Below are positions 44,946-53,898 of a DNA stretch of 64,000 nucleotides, in pieces (within the stretch, counting starts at the first letter, position 1; each line of letters starts with the position of its first letter). The notes under the pieces were generated by a model. It worked only from the letters and a program-made list of their open reading frames with translations, did not search any database and was not told the DNA's origin. The stretch comes from a virus. Taxonomy: Duplodnaviria > Caudoviricetes. The stretch lies in IMG/VR virus record IMGVR_UViG_3300042013_000067, positions 96,001 through 160,000 of that record. One strand, given 5' to 3'. A program made the position numbers and the translations under genes.

Positions 44946-46652
44946 ATGCGAAACTTAACCATACCCTTCACGGCGAACATGCCGGGCACAAACACATACA
45001 CGTTGTTGTTTAACCAAATCCAAGCGCAACACCCGACCTTGGGTATTGATCAAACAACACACTTCGTTAAGACCATCAAACAACTACCTACACGGGTAAG
45101 ACCGTCGCAGTCGATTGCAGTCATTGGCTCTCGTACTGATGCGGCTTACGAGGAGCGGTTTCGTTATGATCGCTGGCCTATTTCTCGCTACTTGACCAAC
45201 CCCCTGTTTAGCGTGGAAGAACTACCCATCGTACAGGGATTGGACGAGATCGGTCTGTTAGCCTACCTCACTACCAAACTGGGTCTTAACTTCAACAACC
45301 TAGACTTCGTGGTTCGTAATGCTGGGATCGTTTATACCGGTGGTGAAGTCCGCCCTAACTGGCGTGTAATCCCTGCGCCTGAATCACCCTTCTGGTATCA
45401 CGATCAGATCCTTTGGCTGCACGGCGGTAGCCCGGTAGACCCAGGCCCGGATCCTGATCCGCTCACTATCGTCTACACCTACGATCCACCGTTTAGCAAT
45501 CCATACACCAACCCAGTCGCTAACGAGACTGTGCTCTACACAGACTACTATATCAAGGCAAAGGGTTTGTTCAGCAACGTACGGGCAGCGATGGACGTAT
45601 GGTTCTCGGGGAACTTCACCGTAGACTACACCCCTACCGCCAACACGGTGTTGATCAATGAGCACATCCCGCATAACCTCACGACGGGATTGGTAGAATA
45701 TGCTGATGATTACAGCAATGACGCCACGTCTCATCAGTTCGACATTCTTAACCAAGGCTTCTACAATGGTTACGCCGGTGTGTTCAATGACACACTCGCT
45801 GGCCACAAAGGGATCTACACCAGCTACTCCACTTGGAACGAAGAAGAACCAGACGTAGTGGGTAGTCCGGCAGAGATCGATGTGGTCGTGCCACAGGTCG
45901 CTGACTTCTATGGCTCCGTGCCGTTTATGGTCAGTCGTCAACCGTACATGATCGAAATCGGTTTCCGTCCTTCTGTAGACACCCCCGTGGGCAGCACGTG
46001 GGTGGACAACATGGGCCTGCCCGGTGTGATCGGTGCTTTCTTTGGGACAGACCAAAAGAACCTGACGTTCGATGGTCCTCTCGCTGGGTTCTCGGGTGTC
46101 GTAAAGCGTGGTGCGTATGGTAAGCACGTCGCTGACCTTCTGGTGGCCGACATTCGTTGTGGTGTGCTGTATCGTGATGGCATGGCTCAAGTTATCGTTA
46201 ACGGTACTCCTGTACTACAGCGAACGATTGCCTTTGGTATCGAGATGTTCATGCAAGTGACTCTTGAGTTCTTTACACTGGGGGCTAACAACGTCACCTA
46301 CCTTGGTGTGGCTGGCCATCAGCAAGCACTGGCTGAGGGGCAGATCCCTAAGCTCTTCTCCAACATTAAAGCCAAATGCACCATGGCTGAAGTGCATATG
46401 GGTGAGGTGGGTACTTACCAAGCCATCTCAGCGGGTAACTTGGGTAACCGTACGCGTACTGTCGCGGGTGGGTCCACCACATTCGCGGCTACTGGGGCTA
46501 GTCCTACCTTCGACTTCAATCTCGCCGACAGTGTATTTTACACCGTCAGTGACTGCGTCTGTACGTCGCCACTGTACGGGATTCGCTCGTGGGTTGACGT
46601 CGCTACGAAGTACGATAAAGAACTCATGACCAGTCGGGTCATCACGCCATAA
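44946..46652 (+). CDS. Putative baseplate-associated fibre/receptor-binding protein (DUF7941-like N-terminus, beta-sandwich C-terminus)
   Basis: GAGG SD before ATG 44946; LLAYLTTKLGLNFNNLDF motif, PVDPGPDPDP linker, aromatic-rich beta C-terminal region. Confidence 0.6.
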   Translation: MRNLTIPFTANMPGTNTYTLLFNQIQAQHPTLGIDQTTHFVKTIKQLPTRVRPSQSIAVIGSRTDAAYEERFRYDRWPISRYLTNPLFSVEELPIVQGLDEIGLLAYLTTKLGLNFNNLDFVVRNAGIVYTGGEVRPNWRVIPAPESPFWYHDQILWLHGGSPVDPGPDPDPLTIVYTYDPPFSNPYTNPVANETVLYTDYYIKAKGLFSNVRAAMDVWFSGNFTVDYTPTANTVLINEHIPHNLTTGLVEYADDYSNDATSHQFDILNQGFYNGYAGVFNDTLAGHKGIYTSYSTWNEEEPDVVGSPAEIDVVVPQVADFYGSVPFMVSRQPYMIEIGFRPSVDTPVGSTWVDNMGLPGVIGAFFGTDQKNLTFDGPLAGFSGVVKRGAYGKHVADLLVADIRCGVLYRDGMAQVIVNGTPVLQRTIAFGIEMFMQVTLEFFTLGANNVTYLGVAGHQQALAEGQIPKLFSNIKAKCTMAEVHMGEVGTYQAISAGNLGNRTRTVAGGSTTFAATGASPTFDFNLADSVFYTVSDCVCTSPLYGIRSWVDVATKYDKELMTSRVITP

Positions 46653-46692
46653 TGCTTTAATTCTGTGACAAAACCCTCGGAAGGACTTCCTC

Positions 46693-47307
46693 ATGGCGCT
46701 TAACGTACCGCCGCCGGGTACACGCGGCCTGTACAGCTTGAAAGCACCGTTCACTACCGTGCCTAACCAGCTCTATAGCTGCGGTGCTATCCGCTATTTC
46801 AAAGATATCCAGAACCAGGGTATCGATATCTACGAACATTATTACCAGCCCAAGGGTCTGTTACAATCGGATTACACCCGAGACCTTGCTGCGGATGTGG
46901 TGATCGTCTCCCTGATCAGCGATTCTCAAGCGCCGATCTATGTGCCGAGCTCGTACATTCTCTCGTACCCTGGTCTCACCAGTTTCAATTACCAGTACGT
47001 TGTGCTGAGCCTCGCCTTGGGTGCTTTACCCGACACCTTGGACTTGACATTCCTCAAGAACCAACTGGCCACAGCAGCATCGGCAGTGATCGGTGTTCTA
47101 CCGACGGTCTTTGAGAACGTTGCAGCGTCTACTGGCGTAGTGACACCAGTGCAACATGATGCTCTAGAAGCGGCACGTCAAGCAGCCGTGACCAACAGCA
47201 CTACCGATTACGCGAAGTACATCGAAGAGCGTGCTAAGCGCATTGTTCTCGAAGAAAAACTGGCTGCTTTGGAAGAACTTATTATCAGCCAAGGCATACT
47301 TACCTAA
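46693..47307 (+). CDS. Virion structural protein (phiKZ gp161-like)
   Basis: P.G..GLY.L.APF, Y.C.AIR...D....G.D....YY.P motifs; AAGGA SD; synteny. Confidence 0.6.
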   Translation: MALNVPPPGTRGLYSLKAPFTTVPNQLYSCGAIRYFKDIQNQGIDIYEHYYQPKGLLQSDYTRDLAADVVIVSLISDSQAPIYVPSSYILSYPGLTSFNYQYVVLSLALGALPDTLDLTFLKNQLATAASAVIGVLPTVFENVAASTGVVTPVQHDALEAARQAAVTNSTTDYAKYIEERAKRIVLEEKLAALEELIISQGILT

Positions 47308-47345
47308 CAACCATATGTAGTTACCTTCTGCAACTGGAGTACCAA

Positions 47346-49520
47346 ATGAGCGAGAATAACCTGGACTGGCTGTCCCGCGTTTCTCAGGAAGATTCCGAGA
47401 AAGCCAACATCACACCCGAGGGTATCAACCCTAAAGCCGAGACCGAAGCGGTCAACGTCGTCGGTGGTGATGAGAAACTCACCAACGAAGGCAAAGGCAC
47501 CGGCAACCACGAAGTCAATCTGAAAGATGACACCGTGCCGGATGACAACGCTGCCGCTGCCAAAGCTGAGGGCGAGATTGGCGTTAAGGTTTCGAATGAA
47601 TCCGCCAGCGGCCCAGACATCCACATCGATCTGAAACCTTCGACCGAAGACGGTGAAGAAGATGAGCAAGCCAAAGCCGACGCAGAAGCCGCCGCAGCGG
47701 CAGCCGGTACCGAGGGTGAACCTCCAGTTGAACCAGTTGAGCCTATGGGTGAACCGGGCACTGAACCAGTTGAGCCGCCAGTCGTAGTCGACGAGCAGAG
47801 TACAACACCAGTGGGCGAGGTTGTACCTCCTGCTGAACCTACCGAACCGGTAGTGCCGGTGGAACCTGTTGCTGATGACGTACCAGTCGAACCCGCTGCT
47901 GACGATGCCCCTGTTATCCCGGCTGGTACTGAGCCAACTGAACCGGCATTGCCAGTTGAAGGCACCGAAGCCTCAGTGCTGCCAGCCGAAGGCGAGACGG
48001 TTGCTGCGCCTGTTGTCGACGCCCCAGCTGTGCCGGGTGCTAACCCAATGGACAGCGAGCCTGAGCCAAACGTTGTGGTCGGCACTGGCGCGACCGAACC
48101 TATGACCGAACTGGAAACTGGCATCAAGGAAGGCGCTGAGCCTGAAGTTCCTGTGGCCATCGATCCAGTGATCGAAATCAAGGAAGGTACTGACGCGGCT
48201 GTGGCCGATGCTCAAGCCAACCCTGAAGACGGTGGTGCACCTGTACTGCCAGCGGAGCCAACTGACGGCGCCCAACCAGCTGAACCGGTCGAAGGCGTCG
48301 TACCGACTGACCTGGTGCCTGCAGAAGACGAGGAAGAAGTCCCTGCCGAAGAAGACTTCGACGCTCAAGCGGATGAATCGATCTTCACCGAGTTCAACGA
48401 AACTGACGAAGATACCGGTGACCTGACCGCGATGCAAACCGCGCTCGAAGGTTACACCGAAATTCTGAACAGCGTCAGCCGTCGTGGTGATGTGGTTTCG
48501 CCGCAGTTGGCACGGTCGATCCGTATCGGTCTGCAAGCATTCCGTGGTGAAGACCTCGACAAAGGCATTCCTTCGATGGAAGACTTTGAAGATCCAGTTG
48601 GTGCCATGACTGTTTCCAACGAACTGGCGGAAGACATCAAGCACAAAGCCAGTCAGGTCGGTAGTGCTGTGATGGCCGCTATCCGTCGCCTGCTGGAAAC
48701 TCTGGGTGATGCACTGGCGCAAGTCAAGCACAACGTACCAGCACTGGAACAAGCCAACGTAGCACTGGCTGCTCGTGTCGCCAAACTGCAAGGCAGTAAG
48801 GTATCGGGCAAGATCAGCGTGAAAGGTGCTGAGCGTCTGTTCGTCGGTGGTAACTTCGGTGGCGATACGCAACTGAACTACAACTACCTCTCCACGTTCT
48901 CGACCAAGTTCCTGGTTGATTACCCAATCGCAATGGCTGCGGTAATGGCCAAGTTCCAAGCGAGCGAAACCAAAGACGTTGCAGCGTTGGCTGAAGCCAT
49001 CGGTACTGGCTTCCTGCCTAACCAGTGGGGTCTGTTGGGTATCGATGCTGCCAAGGCGCCTGAGCAGTTCAGCAAGTACGACGCGGTGTTCGCCAGCCAG
49101 ACGTTGATCGGTAACGGTCGCATCTACGCCGGTAAGAAAGCGTCAAGCGGCAACTTGTCGAGCATCTCTGATGTCTGGGCGATTGCCTTCATCAAGTCCG
49201 ATGCTGACATCGATCCAGCGGCTACCGAAGTCAACCTGCCTGATGCCACCAACCTGAAACTGATTGTTACTGCATTGGGCAATCTGATCAGCAAGGTTCC
49301 GCAACTGGCTGACATGCAACGTGGTGGCTTCAAGCGTGCTCAAGATGGTATCAGTAAGTCTCTGGGTGCTGAAGGCCTGGGTGACGCTGGTGCGGGCTTG
49401 GTGCGTTCGTTGACTGTACCGACCGGTAATCTGGTGGGTCATGTGGTCAACACCATCAAGGTTGCTCAAGCGTTCGTGTCGCACTGCATCACGCAGCACG
49501 AAAACGGCGGCCAAGCCTAA
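47346..49520 (+). CDS. Internal head protein (gp93/gp162-like) with very long acidic Pro/Glu/Ala-rich propeptide
   Basis: About 360 low-complexity acidic residues, then TALE/GY and PSME/DF SxE-type sites before the folded domain; GGAG SD. Confidence 0.7.
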   Translation: MSENNLDWLSRVSQEDSEKANITPEGINPKAETEAVNVVGGDEKLTNEGKGTGNHEVNLKDDTVPDDNAAAAKAEGEIGVKVSNESASGPDIHIDLKPSTEDGEEDEQAKADAEAAAAAAGTEGEPPVEPVEPMGEPGTEPVEPPVVVDEQSTTPVGEVVPPAEPTEPVVPVEPVADDVPVEPAADDAPVIPAGTEPTEPALPVEGTEASVLPAEGETVAAPVVDAPAVPGANPMDSEPEPNVVVGTGATEPMTELETGIKEGAEPEVPVAIDPVIEIKEGTDAAVADAQANPEDGGAPVLPAEPTDGAQPAEPVEGVVPTDLVPAEDEEEVPAEEDFDAQADESIFTEFNETDEDTGDLTAMQTALEGYTEILNSVSRRGDVVSPQLARSIRIGLQAFRGEDLDKGIPSMEDFEDPVGAMTVSNELAEDIKHKASQVGSAVMAAIRRLLETLGDALAQVKHNVPALEQANVALAARVAKLQGSKVSGKISVKGAERLFVGGNFGGDTQLNYNYLSTFSTKFLVDYPIAMAAVMAKFQASETKDVAALAEAIGTGFLPNQWGLLGIDAAKAPEQFSKYDAVFASQTLIGNGRIYAGKKASSGNLSSISDVWAIAFIKSDADIDPAATEVNLPDATNLKLIVTALGNLISKVPQLADMQRGGFKRAQDGISKSLGAEGLGDAGAGLVRSLTVPTGNLVGHVVNTIKVAQAFVSHCITQHENGGQA

Positions 49521-49569
49521 ACAGCTCGGGGTGGGTCAGCCCACCCCGGCTATTACATCTGAGGTTGAT

Positions 49570-50766
49570 ATGGTCGCTAGCGCGTTTAAGCAACAAGCCG
49601 GTGATGTCGACCACATGTTCAAACTTACCTGTGCGTTGGAAGCTTACGGAGAAATCCTCAAAGGCGATAAGGTCGATGTGGACAGTGCTCTAGGGCGAAG
49701 CATTCAGCTGGGGCTCGAATCGATCGACCCCAGTATTGACTTGAAAGAAGGTTCCTACATCACTCTACGGATGGTTAAGGAAGGTCTGATCAAGGTAGCC
49801 AAGGCTACCCGCGAGGCCATCCGCATTCTGTTCGAGATCGTGGGTAACCTGTACGTCAAGTTCACAGGTAGTCTTGGCCGTGTGCGCGGTCACCAAAAGT
49901 CTGTCTCCAAGCGGCTCGGTCGTTTGGGCAGTCGGGTCTCTTACAAACAAATGGAAATCTCTGGGATCAATCGACTGTCGGTCAACGGTAGCTTCGTTGG
50001 TGGCGATCCGATGGTGCTGGGTGAAATCCGTAACATCTGCGAGCATCTGCTCAACAAACATCCAGCGACTGTGGTTCGGGTAGCGCGGGTGTGCAGTCGT
50101 CGTTTCATCGATCTGGCCGAGAACAATTCGAACGCCAGTAAGAAAGATGTGGCGGTGGCTGGGATGCAGGTGTTCTTGGAAACCCTCGCTGCGGCTATCC
50201 AGCCGGTGCGTGGTGAGACCTTGGTCAAGGCCGGTGAACTCCCTTCGGGTTTCACCACTGGTCGTTACCTGCGCAGTGCTGTGATGCCAGGCAACTGGGC
50301 GTTGGTCTACACCAACCTGCAAGAAGCATTGAATCAATCCAATGTGCAGGATGTGAACCATTACGCCAACGTTATCAAACAGGCCTTCAAGATTGACTTC
50401 GTGGAACTGACGCTGAACACAGCGGACCGTACGCCACGGACGATGGACGTCCCTTCGATCCAGACGCTTTCACAACTGGTCGACGGGATCTCCAAGATCT
50501 TGGATGTGGCTGAGAAAGCCGAGATGGGTCGTCGTGATTTCGCTTCGGTTAAAACCGTGGTGGATGATGCGATCCGCCAAGTGATGGATGTGAAGTCTGA
50601 ATCCGATGGCACCGTCAACACTGCGGTGATTCAGATGTTGGGTAGTATCTCTGAAGTGCTCGCAGCACCGATGGATAACTTCACCCACTGGGTAGCGGTT
50701 ACTATCAACGTTTACCTGAACTTCATCGATCACTGCATCAAGCACTACGAAGTGGAGGGTGTGTGA
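49570..50766 (+). CDS. Internal head protein (gp93/gp163-like paralog)
   Basis: Start ATG 49570 (GAGG SD); CALE/AY and GLE/SI sites; shares RL.V.G.F.GG motif with the upstream paralog. Confidence 0.7.
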   Translation: MVASAFKQQAGDVDHMFKLTCALEAYGEILKGDKVDVDSALGRSIQLGLESIDPSIDLKEGSYITLRMVKEGLIKVAKATREAIRILFEIVGNLYVKFTGSLGRVRGHQKSVSKRLGRLGSRVSYKQMEISGINRLSVNGSFVGGDPMVLGEIRNICEHLLNKHPATVVRVARVCSRRFIDLAENNSNASKKDVAVAGMQVFLETLAAAIQPVRGETLVKAGELPSGFTTGRYLRSAVMPGNWALVYTNLQEALNQSNVQDVNHYANVIKQAFKIDFVELTLNTADRTPRTMDVPSIQTLSQLVDGISKILDVAEKAEMGRRDFASVKTVVDDAIRQVMDVKSESDGTVNTAVIQMLGSISEVLAAPMDNFTHWVAVTINVYLNFIDHCIKHYEVEGV

Positions 50767-50837
50767 TGTACAAGTATCCATGGGAACGCCTGACTTGGAC
50801 TCCACCCGGTATGGGTGTGGTTCCGAAGCCTGAGTAA
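50766..50837 (+). CDS. Putative 23-aa peptide MYKYPWERLTWTPPGMGVVPKPE
   Basis: TGATG overlap with the upstream stop, GGAGG SD 7 nt upstream, ends just before the palindromic element. Confidence 0.4.
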   Translation: MYKYPWERLTWTPPGMGVVPKPE

Positions 50838-50840
50838 CGA

Positions 50841-50877
50841 ACATACGGCCCTCCCCTAGCGGGAGGGCTTTATGCCG
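50841..50877. terminator. Palindromic intergenic element
   Basis: ACATACGGCCCTCCC CTAGC GGGAGGGCTTTATGCCG. Confidence 0.7.
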
Positions 50878-50964
50878 AGAATTACATTGGGTAGTAATCT
50901 AGTGCTGGGCATTCCAGTAGATCCCGCATCGGGACATCACACATACCCCACATAGGGCCGTCAC

Positions 50965-51981
50965 ATGACACCAGTCGTAGATGTATTGAAAGCACAAAAG
51001 TTGTACCTGAAGTTAGTTGAGTGTGCAATGAATCAAACTCACATTCACTTTAACCGAGTGCATGACTTGCTGCACGGTATCGAACACACTGATACCTCGG
51101 AAGAGGAAGTTCAAGAGACCAACAACGTCATCCGGGCCGTTGCTGATTTCTGTGTGTGGCGACAATTGCCATACCTCACCATTCTGATTTCTACCAACGA
51201 TGCAACCGGTCCAGGTCGAGGCTTTTGGAAAACCCTCCCCGGCGATCACACGCTCGATGACGCGAATCGTGGTGCACTCTACTTGGTCTTCCGCGAAGCG
51301 TGCTACACCTACTACAGCCCATTCTGTGGTCACAGCAAAGAACTGAAACAATTCGTATACGAGCGTGTGGATTTCGGCATGCGTATGAATCACCCTGATG
51401 CCGACTTTATCCGTGACGTCGTGCGTGAGAAGGTTGAATACTTCGCACAGGCATCCACCAACCTCGACCAAATCGCTCTGACCGAAGACAACCCATTGCA
51501 CCTGCGTTATGTGCAGTGTGAATTCTTCATCAACATGGCGAAGTGGTTGACTCAAGCGTGCCATTACAACGACCACAACATGATCGTGTGGGACATGGAG
51601 TTTCTCCGCAGCACTCTCAAGACTTTGCGCCGTGAGTTCACACTCACACTACCCATCGGTCCTGAGCATAACTTGTTCAAGCTTACCCTTGCACGTGAAC
51701 TGGCAGAAAATGAGATGTACATGGCCACCATCGATGAGGTGGTGCTCCTGACAGCGTGCTGTATCACTGTGGGTGATCCGGCAATGATCGAACACATCGA
51801 GGTACAGAACGGCATCCTCCACTCACCACCTGAAGGTCGCCGCCAAATGGGTGCTGCTGCAACGGTCGGTGGGATCCCCTTGAACGCCGTTGCTAATGGT
51901 GAGAAGTGCACCTTTGCAGCGCACAGTGATCTTCGTGAGTTCAGCCACGTAACCATCCGCGTATCGTTCCGTTTGGGTTAA
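50965..51981 (+). CDS. Hypothetical protein
   Basis: 338-aa ORF bounded by hairpin elements. Confidence 0.75.
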   Translation: MTPVVDVLKAQKLYLKLVECAMNQTHIHFNRVHDLLHGIEHTDTSEEEVQETNNVIRAVADFCVWRQLPYLTILISTNDATGPGRGFWKTLPGDHTLDDANRGALYLVFREACYTYYSPFCGHSKELKQFVYERVDFGMRMNHPDADFIRDVVREKVEYFAQASTNLDQIALTEDNPLHLRYVQCEFFINMAKWLTQACHYNDHNMIVWDMEFLRSTLKTLRREFTLTLPIGPEHNLFKLTLARELAENEMYMATIDEVVLLTACCITVGDPAMIEHIEVQNGILHSPPEGRRQMGAAATVGGIPLNAVANGEKCTFAAHSDLREFSHVTIRVSFRLG

Positions 51982-52024
51982 ACCCTAGGCCTGTCCTTCG
52001 GGACAGGCTTTATGCCGTCTAGAC

Positions 52025-52071
52025 TTGACTCGAATAACTTTGAGAACTATATTGTCTTTGTGAATTAGGAA
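52025..52071 (+). promoter_or_regulatory. Repeated promoter, copy 2: TTGACT-17 bp-TATATT with conserved 33-bp block
   Basis: Identical 33-bp block to 34961-34993. Confidence 0.75.
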
Positions 52072-52112
52072 CAATAAGTTCTTAGCACTTCCCCTTTAAG
52101 GTGAAATTGAAA

Positions 52113-52484
52113 ATGAAAGATATCATGAAAGCAGTTATGATTCGTGCCCTGTGTGTAATCACTGCTGCGGCTATCTTCGCCACCTACGCCAGAATCATGG
52201 CCCGCGTACGTGAACGCAATGGTCGCTTGGCTGTTGAAGCACAGAAGGCACAAGCCAAGATGTCAGTGACGGTTATGTCGGGGTTGTTGGATGCGCTGCG
52301 TGACGAGATCGTCAACACCATGCCTAAGTACGAAGCGGCTGATGAGCAAGGCAAGCTGACTATCAAACAGACCCTACTGGATAGCTATGCTTGCCAAGGC
52401 ACCGTAATCAGTAGCAACGTACGCGACATCTATCTGACGTCGGTACGTAGCATGATTGACCGTGCCTTGACCGTCAGGACTTGA
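52113..52484 (+). CDS. Small membrane-anchored hypothetical protein
   Basis: N-terminal hydrophobic segment AVMIRALCVITAAAIFATY. Confidence 0.65.
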   Translation: MKDIMKAVMIRALCVITAAAIFATYARIMARVRERNGRLAVEAQKAQAKMSVTVMSGLLDALRDEIVNTMPKYEAADEQGKLTIKQTLLDSYACQGTVISSNVRDIYLTSVRSMIDRALTVRT

Positions 52485-52526
52485 TTGGAATAAATCTCAG
52501 AACTATATCTTGCGGATGAATTGGGA
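52481..52526 (+). promoter_or_regulatory. Repeated promoter, diverged copy 3: TTGATT-17 bp-TATATC
   Basis: CTCAGAACTATATCTTGCGGATGAATTGGGAG retains GAACTATAT and TGAATT.G of copies 1 and 2. Confidence 0.6.
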
Positions 52527-52568
52527 GTCCTATGGGTTCCCTACCCCTTATACCGTGGAGCATTTAAC

Positions 52569-52925
52569 ATGTCCGAAGTTAGCCGTGTATTGAAACATGC
52601 AGTGATTGGTGCAGCTGTTGGTTTGCTGTGGGTTGGTAGCTACAAACTGGGTAAGGTTTGTGGTCGTGCGGTCGCTCAAGCCATCGCCCTCGGTAATGCA
52701 GCCAAAGCTACTCGTGATCAGTTCGACGCTATCGTCGAAGGGGCGAAAGCTGAAGCTGGTGAGGACTGGCGGTCACACGCCCAAGTATCCATGACTTCGT
52801 TGTGGTACCACAACTCCGACGGTATCGTCCGGGACAAGAAGTGGACTGCTGTAACCGATGCAATCTACAACCGTTTCCAGGAACACCTGAATGCGGTAAC
52901 CAACATAGCCAAACCACAGGAATAA
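52569..52925 (+). CDS. Small membrane-anchored hypothetical protein
   Basis: GGAG SD; HAVIGAAVGLLWVGSYKLG hydrophobic segment. Confidence 0.7.
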   Translation: MSEVSRVLKHAVIGAAVGLLWVGSYKLGKVCGRAVAQAIALGNAAKATRDQFDAIVEGAKAEAGEDWRSHAQVSMTSLWYHNSDGIVRDKKWTAVTDAIYNRFQEHLNAVTNIAKPQE

Positions 52926-52929
52926 ATCC

Positions 52930-53076
52930 ATGAGCATCAAGATCAAGGCAAAGAAAGCTGCAGCCGATATCGGTGAAGTCGCCAAAGCCAGCATACAGGG
53001 CATGGGTACCGGTGTCAAGATTGCCGCAGGGTTTCTCCCCCTGCTGGTTGTCTTTGCAGTAATCAACCGCATCTAA
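52930..53076 (+). CDS. 48-aa membrane peptide (not in the ORF track)
   Basis: AGGA SD; MSIKIKAKK...AAGFLPLLVVFAVINRI. Confidence 0.6.
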   Translation: MSIKIKAKKAAADIGEVAKASIQGMGTGVKIAAGFLPLLVVFAVINRI

Positions 53077-53099
53077 CACTACTGATCAGGAATACAGAC

Positions 53100-53216
53100 A
53101 TGAGCCGTGATACTAAAGAAGTTGCAAAAGCAGTGGGTTATTTCATTGGTGTATCCGTCGGCATCAGCTTGGTCTGTATTGCCGTGCAGAAAGTGGTAGG
53201 TGCAGTCCTTGACTGA
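53100..53216 (+). CDS. 38-aa membrane peptide (not in the ORF track)
   Basis: AGGA SD; MSRDTKEVAKAVGYFIGVSVGISLVCIAVQKVVGAVLD. Confidence 0.6.
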   Translation: MSRDTKEVAKAVGYFIGVSVGISLVCIAVQKVVGAVLD

Positions 53217-53280
53217 TCGCCGTTATACCCCAACTTCTTACACCCATTTCTACAAAACTATTTCACAAGGGAATACCAAC

Positions 53281-53619
53281 ATGCAAACTCCAGAAAACAA
53301 CAAGCCAGTAATCGACGTAACTCCAATTGACGCTCAGGTTAAACTCAGCGATCAAATCAAACAGGCTTCTGAAGAGATCGCTGCCAAAGTGATCGATGAA
53401 AGCAATCTGTTTGCTAAGCCTACTCTGGCCCAGCGCGCTAAGCGCATCGGCGGGGTTGCGCTGAAGGTCGGTCTGTACAGCGCCGGTGCTGCTGCTCTTG
53501 GCGGCATTGCCTGGGTTGGCTACAAAGCGTTGAAAGGCACTCCAGCTGAAGCGGTTGCTGACGCTGTAGGTGATGCTGCCGCTGCTGTTGCAGATGCCGT
53601 CGCTGCCGCCTTGCGCTAA
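53281..53619 (+). CDS. Small membrane protein, Ala-rich C-terminus
   Basis: AAGGGA SD; TM-like VGLYSAGAAALGGIAWVGY; followed by a GC hairpin. Confidence 0.75.
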   Translation: MQTPENNKPVIDVTPIDAQVKLSDQIKQASEEIAAKVIDESNLFAKPTLAQRAKRIGGVALKVGLYSAGAAALGGIAWVGYKALKGTPAEAVADAVGDAAAAVADAVAAALR

Positions 53620-53686
53620 CGACGACACTACACCGGGGGCGGATGATCGCCCCCAACACTTTCTTACAGAGTACACACACTTGAAA

Positions 53687-53797
53687 ATGCAAAACTTCAC
53701 CGAAGAAGAAAAACGTGGTATCGACGCTTCTCTGGCCTACGTCGAGTTCTTGCTGGCTCGCCGTGTAAAAAAGAAGATGGCGGCGGACAAGCGTTAA
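53687..53797 (+). CDS. 36-aa hypothetical peptide
   Basis: MQNFTEEEKRGIDASLAYVEFLLARRVKKKMAADKR; weak SD. Confidence 0.4.
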   Translation: MQNFTEEEKRGIDASLAYVEFLLARRVKKKMAADKR

Positions 53798-53898
53798 TGC
53801 AACGTTTGTTAGAAGTATAGAGCCGGCCGGATGGTCGGTCCCTATACTTCTTTTTTCTTTTGTCGGCATAAGCCCCGCCCGTAGGCAGGAGCTTAAGT

